Notes: a model not told the origin generated them from the letters alone. Shown: positions 9,247 through 17,857, counted from the stretch's first letter. The stretch: DNA of 22,267 nt from Promethearchaeota archaeon (GCA_048940445.1 JBHLON010000044.1:1-22267); one strand, 5' to 3'. A program made the numbers and translations.

Positions 9247-11346
9247 ATGTCTAAACGTTTACTTTTAAGAGTTTCTGTTATCTTATTAGCTCTTGGTATT
9301 GGTTTAGTACCACCAGCTTATTTAATCAACGGATACATGCAAGATCAAGTTAATGCAGAGATTCCTAGAACAATATTAATAATCAGACACGGATTTGCAA
9401 ATTACTTAGAGGTTAACTTTATAGGTCTAGGTGTACCAGATGTGTTAGAAAAAATTAGATTCCAACAAATCCCTTCACTTGGAGATGATACAATTGCTGA
9501 TTTCCTTCTTATGTTAAATTCATATCCGTACTTTTTAGATTTAATAAAAAATAGCATTTTACTGAAATTACCTGAAATGATTAATGGATCTAAAACAGTT
9601 CAAATAATGAATCAGACTATATTTACAGTAATGAATCAGACATCTCAGAATGAAGTTCAAGTAAGGAATTTATTCTTTAATAACTATAACTTTCAAAGTA
9701 ATTACTTAGCCCCAATTGAAGGTATTTCAGAATATGGCTTAGGAAATATTTCTCTTAATTTTACAGCAACTGCTCAATCTAGGATTTTATATGGCTTTGG
9801 AACTTACAGAGGATTATTTACTGACCCTGATTTTGGATCTGGTTTACAAAATTGGCTGAACTTTTATGATCTCGCAAAAGCAAATTTAACTGATCGAGCC
9901 TTAATGGAGTCGATATATAATTGTACATGGAGTTCTGGGCAATTACAAAATGTTTCAAATTATATAAGAAATTATATGTGGGATAATGTGATTAAATCGA
10001 CATATGCTCCAAAGACAATTGAAACATATGCTCTTGAAACTTTTTATGGGCAATGGGCAAATTACAGTTTTTATCATAATCGTCTTGACTTGCAAAGATT
10101 TATTGATCCATTAAGCTCAGTTCTTACCGGATTTGAAGCTGCTATTAACTATTTGACACCTACTAATATCTCACTAACTAGCTGCGAGAATCTATGGGAT
10201 GCAGCAAACTCATTGTCATTTCTTAACCAAGGTGGTTTATTAAAATGGTTTCAAACTTATCATGGGGATATAGAATCTTTAAATGAATTAACCTCTACTT
10301 TTGGTTTAACAGATGATCAAGTAGGAACCGTTTTATCATGGTTATTTGGTGTTGCTCCTACATGGAGAGTAAGGTATGTAATTATACCTAGACTCATTCA
10401 ATTACCCAAACCCTATGGTTTTGATACAGCATATAATACCTATATGTTTAATTTGTTTTATGAACAATGGGCAAATGGTACTGTTGTGCAAAATGGGATC
10501 AGTCTCAGCTTAACAGATGTAATAAAGGGATTTGAAGCAGGAATACCTACTAGTACAAATATCTCAAGAAGTATAGCAGAATCGCTTTTTAATATCAATA
10601 ATGCATCTAGTTTTGTGAGCAAAATAGGTATTTTTACATGGGTGCAAGCATATTATGGAAATATCACTTGGCAAAATGATTTAATGAATGTCTTTAATTT
10701 GAGCTCCTCTCAATTAAATTTACTTCTTAATTGGTTGTTTAACAAATTCAAGGAGAATCTAGTTCCTTTCCTCGTTTTACCATTAGTAGGAGAAACTTTA
10801 AATCAACTTGCTTTTGACGATTTTCCTAAACAATGGGCTTATGGGACATATAGCAAGGAGAGTATTGATCTCACCAATTATTCTTCTTCAGGATTTAGTT
10901 ATTTAGGATGGGAACTTGGAATCACAACTGATCTGAATTTAAATATTACTCAGATAACCGATCTATCAAAATTCAGAGAATTTCCATCAAATTATCCGCC
11001 GCTCGGTCTATTAGACAGCTCAAATAGCTTATCATTTGTAAATCGTAAGGGAATATCAAAATGGCTCAGATCAATAGAATTCCCAGAATATCGCGAGGAA
11101 ATTATTGATGCATTTAGCAATCGTTATTGTAATTTAACTGATACACAATATACCCAGATTTATAATTATTTAATATATGTCAAAGAGAATTATGTAATCC
11201 CATTACTAACACAAGAATCAATCTTCAAAGTAGACCCTTATACATTAGGTGAAATGTATCAAACGGGAATCCTCATTGGAGCTATAATTATTATTGCTGC
11301 TGGTATTGTCTTTGGTGGTTTAAATTTTCTAAGGAAAAAGCGTTAA
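9247..11346 (+). CDS. Large doubly membrane-anchored surface glycoprotein with internal ~125-140 aa repeats
   Basis: N-terminal and C-terminal TM helices, basic tail RKKR, three clear QWA..G(F/W)E..SF..G..W repeats plus a degenerate one, and about 18 N-x-S/T sequons. Confidence 0.8.
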   Translation: MSKRLLLRVSVILLALGIGLVPPAYLINGYMQDQVNAEIPRTILIIRHGFANYLEVNFIGLGVPDVLEKIRFQQIPSLGDDTIADFLLMLNSYPYFLDLIKNSILLKLPEMINGSKTVQIMNQTIFTVMNQTSQNEVQVRNLFFNNYNFQSNYLAPIEGISEYGLGNISLNFTATAQSRILYGFGTYRGLFTDPDFGSGLQNWLNFYDLAKANLTDRALMESIYNCTWSSGQLQNVSNYIRNYMWDNVIKSTYAPKTIETYALETFYGQWANYSFYHNRLDLQRFIDPLSSVLTGFEAAINYLTPTNISLTSCENLWDAANSLSFLNQGGLLKWFQTYHGDIESLNELTSTFGLTDDQVGTVLSWLFGVAPTWRVRYVIIPRLIQLPKPYGFDTAYNTYMFNLFYEQWANGTVVQNGISLSLTDVIKGFEAGIPTSTNISRSIAESLFNINNASSFVSKIGIFTWVQAYYGNITWQNDLMNVFNLSSSQLNLLLNWLFNKFKENLVPFLVLPLVGETLNQLAFDDFPKQWAYGTYSKESIDLTNYSSSGFSYLGWELGITTDLNLNITQITDLSKFREFPSNYPPLGLLDSSNSLSFVNRKGISKWLRSIEFPEYREEIIDAFSNRYCNLTDTQYTQIYNYLIYVKENYVIPLLTQESIFKVDPYTLGEMYQTGILIGAIIIIAAGIVFGGLNFLRKKR

Positions 11347-11407
11347 AACACTTGAAGAATGGCAGCTATTTTTTTTAAAATTTTAAATTAGAAATTACAA
11401 AAAGGAT

Positions 11408-12676
11408 TTAACCTATATTAATATGATACTTTCTAAACACTTTTTCAAGTTCTTCGCTTGCTAATTCTCTTAATACATCTCCCAAGGGAGCTAAAACTTC
11501 ATTTTTCGACATTCGACGTTTCTTACTAATTCGGCCTTCTTTTACCTCAAAATTATTTTGAGCCCAGCTATATACATCATTGAATGTAAACCAAACATCT
11601 TTATAAGCGTTTTCTTGACCTCCGTTTCTCGCCAATGGTTTTTTCTCAACTGGAATATCAGGATCTTGCAAGTAACACCAATCTAAAACAACCCATTCGA
11701 GCTTTCTTGAAGATTCTGGACGATCTGCTAAATAAATACAAAAAGAATGCCCTCCTAATTCTGAATCTGATGGAGCAACCATTGGATCGGCTATTACTTG
11801 GGCAGCGCACACTTTCACTCTCCATGATGGAATTCCAGTATTTATCAATAAGCTAGCTATTAAAATTGCACCATCTTCACAATCTCCAATTTCAGATTGA
11901 ATACTTTCAAATGGAAACTGCCAATACTCAGGACATTCAGAACTAATATCATCATATGTATATCTAAGAAATTCACATACAAACTTTTGACATGCCCAAG
12001 CAGTATCATTAGGAGTCTCTCTTCTCAATTGAAGCTTGTAAATAACATGCTGGAGTATTGAATCATTCTTTTTCATAAACGACTTAACGTCGACATCAAT
12101 TTCCTTTTTGTATTGTTCTCCTCTTAAAGCCCGTCCGGTATAAATGATATGTGCCCTCTCCCATTTATTATTCCAATAATTCTGACCATAGCTTCCATAA
12201 TCTTTCTCCTCAAAAGGAATAACCTCTAGAGGTACATCTGGAGTAATAATTTCTGGTTCAGACTCTTCCTTTCCTTTACTTTTACTAGGCAATCCAGAGA
12301 GCGACTTTGCACTACTTATCCAACTTTCCATTTCTTTTTGGGCCGGAAAATTCAGTAAAATATGTGGATTTTCTCTCTTTAACTGTTTAAGCTTTTCTAA
12401 TACATTCTTAACATTTCTCCGGGCAAACTCTTTTACAGAGTCGACCCCAATTAAATTTAGTGCATTTGCCATTTTAGGATCTATACCTTCAATACGCATT
12501 AAATCGGCATGTTCTTGCCATGTATCTAATAATTTTACTGTGATTCCTATTTTTCGGGCTATTTTTCTAATTTGATTCGGGCTTAATGGTATAAGATCTT
12601 CCACGGTCATTAAGCCTTCTTGTTTTAGAAGTTTAGCATGCTTTTCTTCTAATCCTATAATCTCAACTAAATTCAA
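11408..12676 (-). CDS. DUF4332 (HhH-like) domain fused to a transglutaminase-like cysteine protease domain
   Basis: N-terminal IIGL..KHAKLLKQEGL.TVEDL / WQEHADLMRIEGI (DUF4332); C-terminal YWQFP.E..GDCEDGAILIASLL, GGHSF and LDWCY (Cys-His-Asp). TTG start. Confidence 0.8.
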   Translation of the reverse strand: MNLVEIIGLEEKHAKLLKQEGLMTVEDLIPLSPNQIRKIARKIGITVKLLDTWQEHADLMRIEGIDPKMANALNLIGVDSVKEFARRNVKNVLEKLKQLKRENPHILLNFPAQKEMESWISSAKSLSGLPSKSKGKEESEPEIITPDVPLEVIPFEEKDYGSYGQNYWNNKWERAHIIYTGRALRGEQYKKEIDVDVKSFMKKNDSILQHVIYKLQLRRETPNDTAWACQKFVCEFLRYTYDDISSECPEYWQFPFESIQSEIGDCEDGAILIASLLINTGIPSWRVKVCAAQVIADPMVAPSDSELGGHSFCIYLADRPESSRKLEWVVLDWCYLQDPDIPVEKKPLARNGGQENAYKDVWFTFNDVYSWAQNNFEVKEGRISKKRRMSKNEVLAPLGDVLRELASEELEKVFRKYHINIG

Positions 12677-13005
12677 TATAATAACCTTCTTGTATCTATA
12701 TTCTAATAAAAATTAGTAGAATAACATATAATTTTTTCCAAATTTCTCTCTAAAGAACTTTTCAACTTTACATAAATAAAAACATAATTATCAATTAATT
12801 CACTTTTAGACTCCTATTTTAATTATGAAGAAGATTAACTAAAGTTAAGTAGGTTTAATATTTTCTAAATATAAAGATTTAAATTCAAGCTAAAACTTTC
12901 CATTATTACTATAAAAGCTTGTAGAAATTTAATATATCTAATCATTAGATCCGTCTGACTGAATATGTAAATAAAATCATTTAACTACTCGGCGGGATTA
13001 CCGAG

Positions 13006-13035
13006 ATTATACAAGAATGTCTCTTGTATCGGGAG
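13006..13035 (+). other. tRNA intron 1 (30 nt, position about 15/16; junction can slide up to 3 nt left because of a GAG repeat)
   Basis: Hairpin ATACAAGA/TCTTGTAT inserted in ACC-GAG-TCTGG. Only a relaxed BHB-like motif forms (CCG/CGG helix). Confidence 0.72.
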
Positions 13036-13044
13036 TCTGGTCAA

Positions 13045-13078
13045 TGGTCGAGTCTAAAAATGGGTCAAGACCGATTAT
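13045..13078 (+). other. tRNA intron 2 (34 nt, position 21/22)
   Basis: Full bulge-helix-bulge: central helix GGTC (13039-42) / GATT (13073-76), bulges AA|T and AT|A, inner helix GGTC (13046-49) / GACC (13069-72), outer pairs CT/GG. Confidence 0.85.
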
Positions 13079-13139
13079 AGGTGCTGGACTTAAGATCCAG
13101 TGGCAAAGGCCTTCGGGAGTTCGAATCTCCCTCCCGCCA

Positions 13140-13145
13140 TTTTTT
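13140..13145 (+). terminator. Oligo-T terminator after the tRNA
   Basis: T6 immediately after the discriminator base. Confidence 0.55.
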
Positions 13146-13352
13146 CAATCTTTATTCAGAAGTTAGTCTTATTTATTTTGAATTTTTTTGTTTTGAATAT
13201 TGTTTCTACTTGAAAATCATAAATACATATTATTCCTTTTAAAATACTAATTAACATTAACATTTAAAAGGAAATATTTAGTAAAAATAATTAAATAATG
13301 ACATGATATTAAAATTATATTATAAGAAATAATTCATCAGAAGGTTTTAATT

Positions 13353-13730
13353 TTGCCAGTTGGGATTCTTGTTATTCGATGGGATAATGAAATTGGACCT
13401 ATAAACGAAGGATTTTATCCAGAAAACTTGAAAATTACAAATAATTTACTCACACAGGTGTATTCAAGCCACCGTTATCAAAGCTTAAAGCCTGGATTTG
13501 CAAGCATAGCATTGAAAAATAATAAGGTTGTATCTTTTTTTTCAGGGGTTGGTTCGGACCATATAAGTGTTGAAAATTATGTTGTTGCACTTTTACTTAG
13601 AAGAGATGAGAAACCCAACAAATATAGAGAGATTCTTAAGAGAATTGCCGCTGAAATCTTAGATAAAATACCGGATGGTAAATTCAAAAAGGTTTTACCT
13701 GATTTGTATAAAGACTTAGCAAAGATTTAG
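13353..13730 (+). CDS. Stand-alone uDENN/longin-like domain protein
   Basis: GILVIRWDNEIGP...FYP start, typical of uDENN-type longins; predicted beta-beta-alpha-beta-beta-beta-alpha-alpha pattern in 125 aa. TTG start. Confidence 0.65.
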   Translation: MPVGILVIRWDNEIGPINEGFYPENLKITNNLLTQVYSSHRYQSLKPGFASIALKNNKVVSFFSGVGSDHISVENYVVALLLRRDEKPNKYREILKRIAAEILDKIPDGKFKKVLPDLYKDLAKI

Positions 13731-13743
13731 AAATTGTAAAACA

Positions 13744-14781
13744 TTAAGATATTTGAGCTTGTTTTAGAGAAATCTTCCCATTTTCATCGAGTTCAATTAG
13801 ATCTACATCTTTTAATTTTTGAACCAATTTCCTAACTAATACAATTGGAGACCCCAGAGCGCTTCTTAGATCCTCTATACCCATAGAACCGACTTTTTCT
13901 ATTATCAAAAATGCTTTGAATTGAGCCTCCTGCTCCATTAAATCAGTGAGTTTATCGAAATAAACAATCTTCTTCATATTCTCATTCTTAAATTTATCAA
14001 CTTCGTCGACCCTTTCTTGTAATTGCCTAATTAAACTTTCTGCATTTCTCTTTTCATCTCTTAGTTGCTCCACTTTATTAATTAATTCTTCATATTTTTG
14101 GTGAATTTCTTCAAATCGCGACTTAACATCTTTAGCCTCTGATGTAGCTTCTGTTGATACTAATTTAAAATCCAACAAAAACTTGTCTAATTCAGCAATT
14201 TTTCCGGTTAATTCTTTCTTTTCTTCAAAATGTTCTTTTTTCAACTTTTCAAGCTCAATCTTCCATTTCTGATCCATATCAGACAATAATTTGACTTGTT
14301 CATCCTGTAATTTATCAGCAAAAGCTTGAATTTCTTGTACTTTATTTTCAAGATTTTTAATTCTCTCATCCTTTAATATTAATTCAGAATTTTTCTCTGC
14401 TAGTTCTGTCTTTAGGTTTCCTATAGTTTCAAAAGCCTCTTCAAGTTTTCTTTGAGTAGGTATATTTTGCTTTTTAGAGAAATCTAATTCTCTTTGAGCC
14501 TCTAAAGTAGTTCCCTTTGCCAATTCTAATTCTCTTTCTTTTTCATTTATGATTGCTCTTTGAGTCCCTATTAGTTCTTTCAATTCTAAGACATCATCTG
14601 GAATGTCGTACATCTTAGAAATCTTGGCTTTTTGTTCTTCCATTATATGTTCTTGGTCAGAAATTACCCTTTTTTGTTTTTCAACTAATTCGGTTAACCT
14701 ATCGATTTTTGATTGCAAATTTGCAGTTTCTTTTTCACTTGATTCGATATCATCTATTATATTTTTTAAATCTTTAGACAT
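13744..14781 (-). CDS. Long coiled-coil protein with C-terminal winged-helix domain
   Basis: About 280 aa of E/K/Q/L heptads, then QFKAFLIIEKVGSMGIEDLRSALG...LVQKLKDVDLIELDENGKI. Confidence 0.7.
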   Translation of the reverse strand: MSKDLKNIIDDIESSEKETANLQSKIDRLTELVEKQKRVISDQEHIMEEQKAKISKMYDIPDDVLELKELIGTQRAIINEKERELELAKGTTLEAQRELDFSKKQNIPTQRKLEEAFETIGNLKTELAEKNSELILKDERIKNLENKVQEIQAFADKLQDEQVKLLSDMDQKWKIELEKLKKEHFEEKKELTGKIAELDKFLLDFKLVSTEATSEAKDVKSRFEEIHQKYEELINKVEQLRDEKRNAESLIRQLQERVDEVDKFKNENMKKIVYFDKLTDLMEQEAQFKAFLIIEKVGSMGIEDLRSALGSPIVLVRKLVQKLKDVDLIELDENGKISLKQAQIS

Positions 14782-14947
14782 TGTAGACTATCTCTCTAAA
14801 TTAAACTATAAAATTAATGTCTTATATATTTAAATTGATTTAAATTATTTTAATTAATAAAGATAAATAATATTAATAGAGAGATAATAAATTTAATTTA
14901 TATAGTTATCGAATTGATAAATAAAAATCGTCATTGAGGTAAAAAAG

Positions 14948-15520
14948 ATGAGAGCTTACTATTTTAAATCCGATCAAATAAAGGCTTTTATCGTTATTTT
15001 ATATGAGTATCTAAAAAGTAAAAATAGAATAAAATTGGAGGAATTAAATATATTCAAAACTGAAAATGAAGCAAATGAATATATTATTTCAAAAAGAATT
15101 GATAATGTATCACAACTTAATCCTAATGAACAAAATATTATTTCTCAAATAGAGAATCTAATTATAGATTATTTGAGTGGTAAAAAAATTAATTTATTCG
15201 AAGAAATAAAAAAATTGAATATTGAATTAGACATTAAAAATAAATTCAAAACAGACTTTTCTCAAAAAGTTATAAATACACTTCTCAATGTGAAACCTGG
15301 TGAAATAACGACCTATTCTGAAATAGGAGAACAAATAAATTCGAAAGCATTTCGAGCTATAGGTAATGTTTGTAAGTCAAATCCCATACCACTAATAATC
15401 CCTTGTCATCGTGTTTTAAAAAAAAATGGCGAAATTGGAGGATTTATGGGAAAATCTGATAAAACATGGGAAACAAACCTCAAAAAGAAATTAATACAGA
15501 TAGAAGGATACAAAGTGTGA
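14948..15520 (+). CDS. ogt: Methylated-DNA--protein-cysteine methyltransferase (MGMT)
   Basis: GEITTYSEI, RAIGNVCKSNPIPLIIPCHRV active-site motif. Confidence 0.95.
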   Translation: MRAYYFKSDQIKAFIVILYEYLKSKNRIKLEELNIFKTENEANEYIISKRIDNVSQLNPNEQNIISQIENLIIDYLSGKKINLFEEIKKLNIELDIKNKFKTDFSQKVINTLLNVKPGEITTYSEIGEQINSKAFRAIGNVCKSNPIPLIIPCHRVLKKNGEIGGFMGKSDKTWETNLKKKLIQIEGYKV

Positions 15521-15595
15521 TAGAAAATCATTCTAAAATAATCGTAATTAATATATCGAAATTAATAAATTAATCTACACCTTTTATTTAATATT

Positions 15596-16792
15596 ATGGT
15601 AGATATATCTCCTATTCGACCATATATCCCTATTAACCCTGAGGAATTTTGTACTAATCCTTATGATGTAATTGATAAGGAAGAAGAGAAAAAACTCAAG
15701 AAGAATCCTAATTCGTTAGTGCATCTTATTTTGCCAGATGGAGAAGGTGATGAACTTTATCAAAATGCAGCTAATGCTTATAGAAGATTTAAAGAAAATA
15801 GGATTATTAAACGAGAAAAAATACCAAGTATTTATGTATATCGTCAGGAATCTGCTCGATTTAGTCATCAAGGCTTTATAATGGGAGCTTCTCTTCAAGA
15901 TTATGATGATGGTAAGATTATTATCCATGAGCATACTCGTGAGAAAGCACTTAAAGACAGAACAAAACATATAGTTGCCACGAATGTAGCTGCTGGATTA
16001 GTTTGGACCGTGTTCCAAGCTAATAATAAGATAAATCACATGATTGAACAAATAAAGAAAAAGGACCCAAAACTTCATTTTGAGAAATATGGGTATAAAC
16101 ATATCTTATGGCAAGAAAACGATAATAGGATAATTCAAAAATTACAGGAACTTTTTCATAATAAGAATCTATATATAGCTGATGGTCATCATCGAGCAGC
16201 AAGTGCTGCAGAATATCGAAAGATACAATTACAAAAATATAACGCCATTAAAGAGGCACCATGGCAATATCTCTTATCATACATTGCCTCTGATGATCAA
16301 ATTCGCATATTGCCTTATAATAGAGTGATTAGAAGGTTACCACTTAATGAAAAAGATTTTTTAACTAAATTAGAGCCAGAATTTAAGGTTAAAGCAATGG
16401 AAAGAGCATTTCAACCCCAGAAAAAAAATGAATTAGCAATATGTATAAAAGGGAATTGGTATAAACTTATAGTTAAAGATAGAAAATTTAAGACTAAAAG
16501 AGATTCTTTAGATGTAAGTATACTTCAAGATAAGATTTTAAAACCAATTTTAGGTATTGCGGATCCTCGTACTGATGAAAATATTTTCTTTGTAGGTGGA
16601 ATACAAGACCTACACGAAATGGAAAGATATACGACAAAAGGAGGAAATGATATGTTTATAAGCCTATATCCAGTTAATATAAAAGATTTAGAATCGATAG
16701 CTAATAAGGGAGGAATAATGCCTCCAAAATCAACCTGGTTTGATCCCAAACTACTTTCAGGATTAGTAATGCATGAATTAAAAGAATACTAA
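15596..16792 (+). CDS. DUF1015 family protein (ParB/Srx-like core)
   Basis: PYDVI, HEHT, YIADGHHR and MPPKSTWFDPKLLSGL signature motifs. Confidence 0.92.
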   Translation: MVDISPIRPYIPINPEEFCTNPYDVIDKEEEKKLKKNPNSLVHLILPDGEGDELYQNAANAYRRFKENRIIKREKIPSIYVYRQESARFSHQGFIMGASLQDYDDGKIIIHEHTREKALKDRTKHIVATNVAAGLVWTVFQANNKINHMIEQIKKKDPKLHFEKYGYKHILWQENDNRIIQKLQELFHNKNLYIADGHHRAASAAEYRKIQLQKYNAIKEAPWQYLLSYIASDDQIRILPYNRVIRRLPLNEKDFLTKLEPEFKVKAMERAFQPQKKNELAICIKGNWYKLIVKDRKFKTKRDSLDVSILQDKILKPILGIADPRTDENIFFVGGIQDLHEMERYTTKGGNDMFISLYPVNIKDLESIANKGGIMPPKSTWFDPKLLSGLVMHELKEY

Positions 16793-16808
16793 GGAGAAGA
16801 TTTATTAG

Positions 16809-17750
16809 TTATGCTTTATTTAAAAATTTCGATATCTTCTCAGCAATAAGAGTCGCTGCATCAATTTGATTTTCAATTGTCTGGCTGGCTATGTGAGGCG
16901 TTAATATTAAATTATCTTTGCATGTAATTAGTTCTTGATCTTTTAGAGGTTCTTCACGAAAAACATCAAGTGCAGCTCCACTAATATCCTTATTTTTTAA
17001 GGCATTAATTAAAGCTTTTTCATCGATTAAGGTTCCTCTAGCTGTATTAATAATTATAGCGTCTTTTCTCATTAGCTTTATTCTCTCTTCATTAATGATA
17101 TTCTCAGTTTGAGGAGTACTTGGCAAATGTAAAGATATAATTTGATTGTTTTTTAATAAATCTTCGATTGAAGAGTATATTGAGCATCCTATATCTTTTG
17201 CTTCATCAATTGCAGGTTTTCCCTTGCTAAATCTAGAATAAACACTTACCTTCATTCCTAATGCAATTGCATCTCTAGCCAACTCTTTAGCTATATTTCC
17301 AAATCCTACTAATCCGAGAGTTTTGCCTTTTAATGTATATCCTAAATATTGACTCTTATTCCATTGGCCTTGATGCATAGTACGATCAGCAATCGATATA
17401 TTCCTTGCTAAAGCGAACATCAGTCCAAGAGACAATTCTGCAACGGATATAGCTGGTGCTTCTGGTGTATTTAAAACTTCTATACCTAATTCTTTAGCCC
17501 TCTTTAAGTCAATATTATCTAGACCTGCTCCAGCCCTTCCGATTACCTTCAAGTTCTTTGCATTTTCTAACACATCAGCAGTTAATTTTGTCCTGGAACG
17601 AACAACAATTGCATCATAGCTCTCTATTTCATTTTTTAATTCTTCTTTAGTTATTGTGAATTTCTTAAATACTTCAAGTCCATTTTTTTTGAAAATTTCT
17701 ATTCCATCTTCCTGAAACTCATCACTAATTAATACTTTCATAATCATCAT
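16809..17750 (-). CDS. serA: D-3-phosphoglycerate dehydrogenase / D-2-hydroxyacid dehydrogenase (no ACT domain)
   Basis: VRSRTK, GRAGAGLDNID, GFGNIA, INTARG, LDVFREEP and TPHIA motifs. Confidence 0.85.
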   Translation of the reverse strand: MMIMKVLISDEFQEDGIEIFKKNGLEVFKKFTITKEELKNEIESYDAIVVRSRTKLTADVLENAKNLKVIGRAGAGLDNIDLKRAKELGIEVLNTPEAPAISVAELSLGLMFALARNISIADRTMHQGQWNKSQYLGYTLKGKTLGLVGFGNIAKELARDAIALGMKVSVYSRFSKGKPAIDEAKDIGCSIYSSIEDLLKNNQIISLHLPSTPQTENIINEERIKLMRKDAIIINTARGTLIDEKALINALKNKDISGAALDVFREEPLKDQELITCKDNLILTPHIASQTIENQIDAATLIAEKISKFLNKA

Positions 17751-17857
17751 TAGGTTAATTATAAGTTAATTAATAAAATCATCTTTAAAGATTTTTGTTT
17801 AAAGTAAAAATGAAATAAGAAATAAAATATTTAAAGTTAAAAAAAATAACAACCAAT

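Larger units (their letters stand above)
12991..13139 (+). tRNA. tRNA-Leu (anticodon UAA) with two introns in the D arm
   Basis: Acceptor GGCGGGA (12991-12997) / TCCCGCC (13132-13138) with discriminator A; anticodon arm CTGGA-CTTAAGA-TCCAG (13084-13100); variable arm GGC-AAAG-GCC; T arm GGGAG-TTCGAAT-CTCCC. Removing 30 and 34 nt gives an 85-nt class II tRNA. CCA is not encoded. Confidence 0.93.

Noticed and set aside
11635-11856. 73-aa antisense ORF
   Set aside because: Overlaps the catalytic region of the transglutaminase-like gene.
13001-13035. Alternative strict BHB register for intron 1 (CCGA/TCGG with GA|T and GA|G bulges)
   Set aside because: Ligation would leave five nucleotides between G15 and G18, an oversized D loop. 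The 30-nt excision gives the canonical Leu D loop. Not fully excluded without RNA data.
12677-13352. tRNA as an integration site, or a split/permuted tRNA
   Set aside because: No integrase or duplicated tRNA 3' end was seen in the window. All tRNA parts are collinear at one locus.
13744-14781. SMC/Rad50 assignment for the coiled-coil protein
   Set aside because: No Walker A/B, signature, hinge or zinc-hook motifs, and the protein is too short.
14603-16749. Short antisense ORFs 14603..14833, 15716..15970, 16020..16202 and 16525..16749
   Set aside because: Shadows of the coiled-coil and DUF1015 genes with no recognisable features.
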